Part shown: positions 13,796 to 24,560 of the stretch, piece by piece
Numbering within the stretch: position 1 is the stretch's first letter
How the letters are laid out: each line of letters begins with the position of its first letter
DNA from: Monocercomonoides exilis PA203
Lineage: Eukaryota; Protista; Preaxostyla
Reading direction: 5' to 3'
Assembly: GCA_001643675.2 (NCBI GenBank)
Contig: LSRY02000086.1
Location: 1-41,279 of the forward strand
Length of the DNA stretch: 41,279 nt
Made by a program: the position numbers and the translations under genes
Notes under the pieces: model-generated
Told to the model about the DNA's origin: nothing
Databases searched by the model: none
Seen by the model: only the letters and a program-made list of their open reading frames with translations

Positions 13796-16740
13796 ATGAA
13801 TCCTTTCAAAAGAAAACATAACGGAATTGGAAACAAGAGCGTCAAACGGGATGTGAAAAATCTAGAAAATATTTTCGGAAAAATGTCGGAAGACCACGCC
13901 GAACTTGTTCTCACATCATTTTTACAATCTACGGAAAAAGGAAAAAAACTTTTGGAGGCATTGTCCACTTTGAAAACATGTTTGTATTTGTTTAATTATA
14001 AAATACAAAAAAACAATTATTCTAACAACTTTATTTCATTTAAATTTGGATTTTTTTATTTACTACAGCTTTTCCGACAGAACACTACAACGAAATAGAT
14101 CCTCACTCAGATTCAGAAAGCACTGAATCATTTGAAGATTATCCTTTGACAAAATGTGATAATAAAAATAAATATATTCATAAACAACATTTTCTGCAGT
14201 TTCCATTTGTTAAAATTAAATCAACTAAAAATTCACAAATACAACAAGAAAAACAGCTAAGCCTGAGTTCACAACAAATTAGTTCTATCAATTCACAGAC
14301 AATATACAATACATCAATATTTCGCATTCCAAACATCAACAATCCAATTTTAACATCATCATTTATGAATATTGTTCAGTCAGATCCTTCTAATATTCAT
14401 TCAAATACTTCTCCAGCTCCCTCAATGAATATTGTTCAGTCAGATCCTTCTAATATTCATTCAAATACTTCTCCAGCTCCCTCAATGAATATTGTTCAGT
14501 CAGATCCTTCTAATATTCATTCAAATACTTCTCCAGCTCCCTCAATGAATATTGTTCAGTCAGATCCTTCTAATATTCATTCAAATACTTCTCCAGCTCC
14601 CTCAATGAATATTGTTCAGTCAGATCCTTCTAATATTCATTCAAATACTTCTCCAGCTCCCTCAATGAATATTGTTCAGTCAGATCCTTCTAATATTCAT
14701 TCAAATACTTCTCCAGCTCCCTCAATGAATATTGTTCAGTCAGATCCTTCTAATATTCATTCAAATACTTCTCCAGCTCCCTCAATGAATATTGTTCAGT
14801 CAGATCCTTCTAATATTCATTCAAATACTTCTCCAGCTCCCTCAATGAATATTGTTCAGTCAGATCCTTCTAATATTCATTCAAATACTTCTCCAGCTCC
14901 CTCAATGAATATTGTTCAGTCAGATCCTTCTAATATTCATTCAAATACTTCTCCAGCTCCCTCAATGAATATTGTTCAGTCAGATCCTTCTAATATTCAT
15001 TCAAATACTTCTCCAGCTCCCTCAATGAATATTGTTCAGTCAGATCCTTCTAATATTCATTCAAATACTTCTCCAGCTCCCTCAATGAATATTGTTCAGT
15101 CAGATCCTTCTAATATTCATTCAAATACTTCTCCAGCTCCCTCAATGAATATTGTTCAGTCAGATCCTTCTAATATTCATTCAAATACTTCTCCAGCTCC
15201 CTCAATGAATATTGTTCAGTCAGATCCTTCTAATATTCATTCAAATACTTCTCCAGCTCCCTCAATGAATATTGTTCAGTCAGATCCTTCTAATATTCAT
15301 TCAAATACTTCTCCAGCTCCCTCAATGAATATTGTTCAGTCAGATCCTTCTAATATTCATTCAAATACTTCTCCAGCTCCCTCAATGAATATTGTTCAGT
15401 CAGATCCTTCTAATATTCATTCAAATACTTCTCCAGCTCCCTCAATGAATATTGTTCAGTCAGATCCTTCTAATATTCATTCAAATACTTCTCCAGCTCC
15501 CTCAATGAATATTGTTCAGTCAGATCCTTCTAATATTCATTCAAAAACTTCAGTAATTTTGGATTATAGTTTTGAGGATTATTTTATAAATTCTATTGAT
15601 ACTTATGATTATTTTATGAAATGCACATTTCGTCCTAAATTGAAAATAGATAACAAATCCAAATTAAACACAGATTGTATTTATGATAATGCGGAGAGTT
15701 TGAATAAATTGGAGTTGAGTGATAAAGATAGTGATGATGATGAAAATGAATTAATGAGTATATGTGAAGGAAGATCATTGAATAATTTTGGGAAAACATG
15801 TGCTTTCAATTCTTTATGTCAATGTCTTGCTTCATTATGCATTGATAAATGCACAAAAGATAGCAACATTTCCAAAAATCAAAGTTATTTTTTGAATCTT
15901 TTGGAAGAAATTCGGAATCCATCAAAAATAGTGAATGCTTGGGGAAAGAGGAGAATGAAGAATTTTTATGAACTGCTGTTTGGGTGTCTGGATGAACCAA
16001 AAATTTTGACTGACGTGTTTACTGCAGTTATGGAATTCCTATCAAAAAATAATTGGAATTTGAAGGAGATGTTTTTGATCCGCAGCCATAGAATAAATAT
16101 GTGCACCAGCTGCCATCATTTATCTTCATCATTAAGAGGAGCAGGTTATTTTATTTCAATCGCTGGATCAGATATTGTCGGTGGGTTGAATTGTGTGTTT
16201 CAAGCCTCAGATGATTTTGCTGAGAATCTACTTTCAAATTGTGATAACTGCTGGACGAAATCTGCATTTGAAAACTGGATATGGCTTTACGATTTCCCTT
16301 TCATTTTGTGTATTTATCACAAGTTCATTGATGGAGATTATGTGAGTTCTCCTCCAATCAAATTATTCTTCAGAAGTCAAGGAATAGGCCCAAATGATTT
16401 TCATGTGTTCAGTCCTCGTGTGTTATCTTCAATTGACAATCATTCATCTGATAGTGAGATAGTTGCAAAATACAACTTCGTTGGAACAATTATCCATTCT
16501 TCATTGAAGCATAAAGAAGGGCATTTTATTTCAATAGTCAAAAATGGAAGTTCTACTGACCATTCCAATGACAGCTTTCTGCAGTGCGATGATGACAAAA
16601 TTTCAATTATTGACTTCACTAAATGGGACCAATACTGGGATTATCTTTCAGAAGAAAAATGGAATTTTTCAATGAGTTTTTTCAAACTGTTTGAAACAAA
16701 ATACAGAAATAGTTCATCAAAACCCTTCTTGGATAAATGA
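13796..16740 (+). CDS. USP-type ubiquitin carboxyl-terminal hydrolase (peptidase C19)-like protein with N-terminal 20-aa tandem repeats; two exons (13796-13979, 14069-16740)
   Basis: Cys box SLNNFGKTCAFNSLCQCL (Cys codon 15799-15801), two CxxC pairs (CTSC, CDNC), His box YNFVGTIIH...EGHFISIVK (His 16522-16524) and QCDDDKIS. Removing the phase-1 intron joins ORF 13796 in frame to ORF 14146 with no stops. Confidence 0.85.
13980..14068 (+). other. Spliceosomal intron, 89 nt, phase 1
   Basis: GTTTGT...TACTACAG, very AT-rich; excision restores the reading frame. Confidence 0.75.
14365..15551 (+). repeat. Coding minisatellite: 19 identical 60-bp units plus a partial 20th, encoding MNIVQSDPSNIHSNTSPAPS
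   Basis: The unit ATGAATATTGTTCAGTCAGATCCTTCTAATATTCATTCAAATACTTCTCCAGCTCCCTCA repeats with an exact 60-nt period and no spacers. Confidence 0.98.
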
Positions 16741-17281
16741 ATGTTTCATATTTTTTTTTAATATTCATTAGTGCACATCATTAATCATTCCACTAAATAA
16801 TAAATATCAACTGCGATTAAAACCATTTTTTAATTAAGAAAATATGAAATAAAAAATTGATAATTACACTGCATTAATTCAAATGAATTGACATTAAGTT
16901 GTCATATAGAATAACGTAAACATAATAACACGAAAGCATTTGTCTATCATTAATTAGTTAACAACCAAGTCATATAAACACCAAGTGTGATGTGGGGATA
17001 AAAAAATAAAGTGAGTGAGAAATGGAAAGTGAGAAATTTAGAGTGAAAAATGATGTATTGATTTGTATTTACTGGTGAATTATTTTGTATGTTGTCTTTT
17101 CTGATATACTTGCCTATGAATATTTATTTCAATACGGAACAAATGAATATTTCATTTTAAACTTTAGTCTTTTCTTTATTCAATTGGTGTTTTGATCATT
17201 TATGATAATTATCAATCCCATTAAAATGATCATATCTATCCCTCCTCTTTCAATATCTCTTTCCACCATCAAATAAATTCT

Positions 17282-19207
17282 TTGTCAAATGCCCCTATCG
17301 TTCATGTTGGAACTGAAAATAAAAGAAAAACACTCGGAAGATTGAATTTATTAGATTTGAACAGTCATCTCTTTGAGTGTGCGAATGGAATGATTCTAAT
17401 TGAGGAAGTGATTTGGATGGTGCACTTTATGTTCATTCACTGCATGTTCAAGAAATGTGAATAATGGAGCGTTATTCTGTCAAAATTTGTTGAAAATCTC
17501 TCTCGAAAAATCCAATTTTTCATGTTATCAAGCGAGGAATGGAGGAGCAGTTGAAGTGTATGCTCCACAATCAAATTCCAAATATCACATTTTGGAAAAT
17601 AAAGTCGAAAGTTATTCAATAACATGCTGGTGTGGAATTGGTTGGTATTTTGTACAACAAACAATTCCTGCAAATGGTAAATTCCTGTTTTCCAAATGCA
17701 AGTTCATCTCAAATACAGGTGGTGATTCTGCTGGTTCTTTCACATTCAATTGGCCTCCACAAAATAAACCAAAACAATGCTTGCTCCAAGAGTGCCAGTT
17801 CATAAATAACAAAGTCGAAAATCCAACTACCTATGGTGGTGCTGCGTTGTGTTGAACAAGAACATATGATTGGATGAATGGAATGAAATTCATCACTTTC
17901 TGTTTCTTCAATGAAATACAGCTACTAACGGAAGAGGAAATGATGTGTTTTTCAATGGTAATTCCATAACTCAATCTCCGTTTGAGAATTGCGGATCAAC
18001 AACCCCAACAAAAAAAGTGCGGAACAACAACACAGCTGATAATGAGACTGTCAACAGCTCGCTCCCTCTCATAAGCCAGAACAAAAATGTTGCAAACAAC
18101 GGAACAGATGTTGATGGCTGTGGAAGAACGCAACAGAATCGTTGCTCCACTATGGAGTATGCAATCTATGGCTTATTCTTTTAAAAGAGGCTTCCCTCAC
18201 CCTCCTCAGCTCAACATTTGCTCCCACTCAAACACTTATCTTCCTTGCTTTTGACACATAAATCAAAGGAAATGGCACAGATACCATCACCATCGCATCA
18301 AGCGGAATTCTTCAATCATCATCTTTTTTTTCAGCCATTTCTGCACTCTACCGACAGACTCAGGGCTCCCTCACAGTCTCTGCCCTCACCGTCACCCACA
18401 ACTCCACAAATCAAATCACCCCCATCCTCTTCCACCTCTCCGAAAACTCCCCTTCCCTCAACCTCAACACAACCGCCATCACCGGAACAACACCATCTTC
18501 ATCATCAATCAAAACTCCCCTCTTCTTCCTCACTGCTGGCTCCCTCGCCCTCAACCACACAGCAATCACAAAACTCACACTTAACAACTCCAGCATCCCC
18601 ACATCACCTCCACAGCCACCCCCACCAGCTGTGTCCTCTCCTCTGCCACCTCCCCTGCCCTCTCCCTCTCCCTCGCCAACTGCACCATGACCAGCATCAA
18701 TTCAGAACAGTTGAGCCAACAAACTCCCACCAATGGCGGGGCATCTCATTCGCGTCATCTGCACCTGCCAACTCGTTTTCAGTGAGCAACACCACCTTCT
18801 CCGACTGTTGTGTGAGTGAGGATACAAGTTCTGGAGGAAGAGGCGGTGCTCTCATGATCGAGTTCAATGAAGGCTCACAAGTGTCAGAATCCTCCTTTGC
18901 CATCACCAATATCGTGTTTTCAGCCAACAAGGCCTGTGTCGGAAGAGATATGTATTTTGTGTGTGAATCATTTGTCGCTTCTGTGAAAGAGCCCTTGTTC
19001 ACTTTCATGACAAGCATCACTCAGAAAGACAATTCGGCTGTTGGACATGACAGAACAGAAGCAATTGGAATTTCGATTTATAAATCTTTATCAACAGGCA
19101 TACAGCTGACAATGAATACGTGGAAAACATGTTTGGTGTCAAAGCAATGTATTTCTGGCTATCAAAGATGCCCTGCAAGTGCACACGCAATGCGACGGGG
19201 CTTCTGA
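17282..19207 (+). pseudogene. Decayed member of a GGA-repeat (parallel beta-helix-like) putative surface protein family
   Basis: Motifs NGGAVEV, YGGAALC, GRGGALMI, FSANKACVGRDMYF and VANNGTDVDGCG...CSTMEYAI are spread over several frames with stops. Confidence 0.65.
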
Positions 19208-22200
19208 AGAAGGTGAAGAACGTTGGTAAATAATAATAAACGTGCAGACAAATTGTGAATTTGTGCGCGCAATAGAAAAACCGAAGAAAGTTGTGGAGAT
19301 GGCACACAAAATTGAAGAAAACTGCTCGTATGCGCATGTGATGAAATCAACATAACTTGTCGGACATGTATTCTCTTCTTTTATAGAATTATCTGTTAAA
19401 TATGCCTTTTCATCAAAATTGCTTTCACTCATCGTTTCATCTTCTCAGACATGTTGAAGGCATGTGGCCTTGCGAAATCTCTCGAAAATTATCCCTGCAA
19501 CTGTTTGTTCAAAGAAATCTTTTCCCACCTTGCTCCTTCTTCTTCCTGTTATTCTTTCAATCTCAAAATAAATTTTGTAGAGGCAACCTTCATGGATTGT
19601 GTGCCCGATGATCGACTATTCTTGATTTGACATTGTAGCATTTCATTTGTAAAATAATTTTTAAAGATATTCCTTGATAGAATAAATATTTCTTTCGTCT
19701 ATCTGAGTAGGAATGAAAGGTGATGCTTGGCCCTGGATTTAACGGGAGTTGAATGAAATGGAAATAGGAATATTTTTAATTCGTTCATCGAAGAAGATGT
19801 TGAAGAAGAAGAATGCATAGGAGAATGAATGTTGTGTGTGGAAAATGTCTGTCTGAGAAATTAAAGCTTTCAGATCGTATTTCTCAGAATGAGAATGTTT
19901 TCATTGGCTTATTTTGGAATTCATAAAAAGATGACGATAAGCTGAAGGAATTAAATAGCAAGGAAAAGAGGCAGATAAAGAAGGAAGAAGATGAAGTTGC
20001 AAAAATAGTTGAAGGAGTTGAAAAAGAAATAATAAGAAAAAGATGATGACGAGGAGGAAGAAGAAGATTATGAAAGCTATGAAGGTGGAGCAATTGAGAA
20101 TTGTGAAACGCATTCAATCCTTTTAATAAAGATGTTGAAAATGACTTGAATGATGTCGACCGATAAAAACACATTATTCGATGAGTTGATTTCAGATGAA
20201 ATAGACAATCTTTATCACAAAATATGTGAAAGGGAAAGAGATACAAACAGATGAAGAATGAAGTCCACAAATCGTTGATTGCCTATGAGTGGTTGAACTG
20301 CTTTGTCCCTCACAAAAAGAAAATTGTGTTTGTCCGTTGGTGTTCATAATTCAAACGAACGAAACGTCTGATGAGGATATTGGCAGAGAATAATTCGAAA
20401 TCGAAGAAGGCGTTGACAATTGATGAAGTTGACTTCAATTGCAAAAATTTCAAATGAAATAAGAAGAAAATGACGAATTTTATGATTATGTGATTGATGT
20501 GTCGATTCTGGCAATGAGCATCTTTTATTGAAGTGAGACTGTTGAGAATGATAGCGAAGGTGAAGAAAAATAGAAGATGTCAGGTTTTTCAAGTCACGTT
20601 GGGCGATAGAAAAAACTGAATGTGTTCTGAATGTGAATGACCATCCAGCTTATCAGCCCAGATAAAAGAGTCGCAACTGCAAAACATTCCGAACAAAAAT
20701 GCCAAATAAACTGCTTTTCTCTTTCTTGCAAACTCATGTTAAGCATTGTCAGGCTATGCAGCATGCAAAACAGATGGTAAGAAACGAATGACTTCGTTGA
20801 ATGCAATCCAAACAAGAATCATCTCAAAACTTCTGGATCTTTTGCAAAGGATTTCAGGGCTTCCCTCTCTTTGTGGTATTCCTGTACTTGATCAATTTGT
20901 ATTCATTGAAAGAACACCTTAAAAGAAAAATGAATGAAATAAAAGAAAATCAAACCATTTTTTTTTCTTGAAATATTTTCCTATCTCCAACTCACTCGAA
21001 ATGATCAGCCCACCTGGCTTTCTTGCAATATAAAATTTCCTCTTGCCACAAAAAATTCAGACAACTGGACAATAAATGGCTGGAATAGAAAGTCATTGAA
21101 AGCACAGAATCCATTGTGAAACGAGCTGTAATATCAGATTAAAACACATAATTCTTAAATAAACAAGAAATCAACTCTTTTTCAAAGACTTATTTAACGC
21201 CATTTCTTTGCTGATAGCTTTCCAACGGGTTTCGCGTAAATGGCGATGCGTTTGTCGTTAAGACCAGCTGAGTGTTTCGCTCTGTTCGCTTCCTCCATTG
21301 TCCTATGCTTCAATTCCCTTTCCTTTTCCACAAAGAAAATCTTCTCCCAAATAAAAAATCACGCAAAATAAGTCCTGAGCATAAGATATACCAAGTACAC
21401 AACATTTCGCTCGAAATGAACAAGCTGTTCATTTCAACTTTTCTAACATTTTAATCGCTTTTTTTGTATCTTGCTTTATTCATTTTTCATTCAAAATATC
21501 ACAGCCGATGTTGCATCATGTATTTTGCAACATATAACTTGATTCAAACTTCATGCAACTTCCCTCATCAATTCACTTTTTGGAAGCAATCGATGCAAAC
21601 AGCCACCCGCTCCTCCATTTGAAGGCTAAATCCCTGTTCTTCTTCAATGCTATAACTCGCATGAGTGCATCTGTGTTTGCGCTCAATAGTAGCTCAAATA
21701 TGCTCAGGCTGCTGCAAATAATTTATCAAAAATCTTCACTAATAAAATTATAGGTTGCAGACCCTTATTAAATAACCAAACAATAAATGAATGTTTTGTT
21801 GCCCTTCGTCTTGCCTGTTTTGAGGTAAAAGAATGAAAATGATGCAGAGGAAAAAGTTTATGAATGTGCATCTTCAGGTATTTTAATCGATATTTGTGAC
21901 TCTTTTGAAGTAGATGTTCCTTCAACATTCAGAAAATGAACCAATATGTTGCTTCATCTTGATTTTTCCGAAGGCAGCAGGACCAGTAACAAATGTTTTA
22001 TGGTGTGCATGGGGCATTACTGAATCACTGCTTATGCGATTTTATCTGTTCTTTTTTTATTATTATGAAATAAATAAATTTTTTATTGACTTTTGAAAGG
22101 GGCTTGGGCGATTGAACGATTTGAGGGACCTGGAGCAAAAAGAGAAAAGCGAAGAAATGGATGAAATATGGGAAGATGTGAGATTTGAAGAGACGGGTGC

Positions 22201-23765
22201 GATTTGTGGAGTGGGTTGTTGAAAAGATAATCGAGAAAATTGTGGATGGAAAGGGATTGGGGTTGGTGTTGGGATTTTGGCGTTGGAGTATCGGGAGATG
22301 TTTTGAAGGGCCAAAGGTTAAACGGGACGGTGGCTTGTTTTTCTTTGAAAATGAAAAGATTTGAAAGTAAGAATTCTGATGAAGAGAAGAAAAACGAAAA
22401 ATAAAAGGATGAAATGCTCCTGTGGGAATGTTTGCAATGGAACGTAATTCTGAATGAAGGCCTTTCAGTGGAATTGCTGTTGATTTGTGTGGCTTGCCTG
22501 CTGAAAGGTGTGTTGGAGAAAGAAGGAAAGGGAGGAGACTCAAAAAGAAGTTGAAATGAGTTTGCTCGGCTTGAGTCATTTTCACACAACGTTCAAGTGT
22601 GTCTTTTTTTTTTTCAATTTTTTATTTTTTTTTTGAAATGTATATATATTGAATAGGAAACAGACAATGAGTGATATTTGAAGGAAGAAACAGGAAGCTT
22701 CAAGCGCAATCAGTTGCAGCACGATTTGAGGGGACTTGTAAATGGATGAGTTTTGGAGAAATTGATGAAGTGTTTGATGAAGCGCAGAGATGGAGGAAGT
22801 TAGAGTAAATGAGCTGGGTTTTGGAAGAGAAGATTCAAAAGAAGTGAAAGAGGTGGGAACGCATGTGTATTGGAGAAGAGAATATGATGAGAGGATAAGA
22901 GAAGGGAGAGAATGACTGAACCCTGATGGATGTGATTGAAAGAAGATGAAGAAGAGGAATTTGAAGAAATCAACATTTTCAGTTTCTGAGGGGAAAGAGG
23001 AGGCAACCACTCAAGAGCATTCGATGAACGATAGATATCCAAATTATTTGATATGGCTCAATCTGTTTGTGAATTTTTTGTGTTTATGTTTTTCTTATCA
23101 ATATGAAGTTCATTTGCCATATTCAATATTTTATCTCAATGACAGCATCACATGAAGCCTTTTCATTATCTTCTTCAGAAACATCATTCAATTGATTGCA
23201 CATTTCTCTTTTACTTCATTTCTTCTTCTTATTCTTCTTTACCATCTTCTTCTTCATTCAACAAAAATGAAGCAATTCTTCAATTAAACAGTGCTTTCTC
23301 CAAGTATCTTAATTTTTCTGAAAAATGTTTTTTTCATCTTTCAACGTAACTTATGTTTATTCTTTTTCTCTTTCAACAGTGTCTGTTGTATTCTAATAAA
23401 TTGCTTGTATTGTTTCAAAAGCATGATAGATTTTGTTCAATTGTCAGATGAATTGATTATTTAACAAATAACAAAAAGTGATGAAATGTTCATGTTATCA
23501 AAAAATGAAAAAGAAATGAAAATTGGAAAATATGTGAACTTCAAAAAAATTTTTAAAACATAAAAACAAATAATAAACGATATTAGAATGATAACGAATA
23601 AATGAAATAAAAATTCGATGAAGATGCAGTTTCAGATACATTTCTTAAAGGTGAATTGTTTCTATTTCTTGTCGCGATGGTGGACTTTTAGCATTTTTAT
23701 GAGTCTTCTTCAAAAATTTCTCAAGCACGTTATATTTTTCAAAACATTTTAATGTTGAAATAAAT

Positions 23766-24200
23766 AATGTGAATATGGTTTTTCATTTCATAAAATGCAT
23801 TTTTATTTAATCATAAAAAAAATATTGAATATATACATATATATTTTTAAGACTCAATAAAATACAAAAACCAAAAAAAAGTCACCATTTCATGAAAATA
23901 TGTCAAATTGAAAATCTCGATCACAAAAGTGGTCACTAATTTTTCTTCAGATTTTGCAACAAACAGACATAAAAAGATGTGGGGAAGCGGTTTGTGCGGA
24001 AATCTGAGAAAAAATTAGTGACCACTTTTGTGATCGCCAGTCATTTTGAAAAACACTTTTATTAAGGTTCTCATCAGATTTGATCCGTTGAACGATCGGA
24101 ACTATTATAAAACTGAAACTTGAAATGACTGGCGATCACAAAAGTGGTCACTAATTTTTCTTCAGATTTTGCAACAAACCGCTTCCCCACATCTTTTTAT
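23766..24200 (+). repeat. Left terminal inverted repeat (its internal palindrome continues to 24281)
   Basis: Reverse complement of 29491-29917; differences are mostly homopolymer lengths, with one substitution seen near the outer end. Confidence 0.95.
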
Positions 24201-24560
24201 GTCTGTTTGTTGCAAAATCTGAAGAAAAATTAGTGACCACTTTTGTGATCGAGATTTTCAATTTGACATATTTTCATGAAAATTTTCGTATAGAAATATT
24301 TATTTATTATTTATATTTTTTTTCATATATTTGTTTATGATTTATTGTTATTATGTTATTATAATTAGTTTTAATGAGAAACATTTATGCGTTGATTTTT
24401 GGAAAAAGACAAAAAATAGTGATATCAGTTTCCAATATCAATTCATCATTTTAATAAAATCAAATTGCATAAATACTTATTTTTTGTGTGAAACATGGTG
24501 TTTTTCACCGAAAAAGAAATGTGACTTTTGTTCCATAATAAATTCAGAAAAATATAAACA

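Noticed and set aside
14365-15551. CRISPR array
   Set aside because: The units are contiguous and identical with no unique spacers, lie in frame in an intron-containing gene, and no cas genes are present.
13600-17050. TIRs or a TSD around the first USP gene
   Set aside because: No convincing inverted termini could be found by eye.
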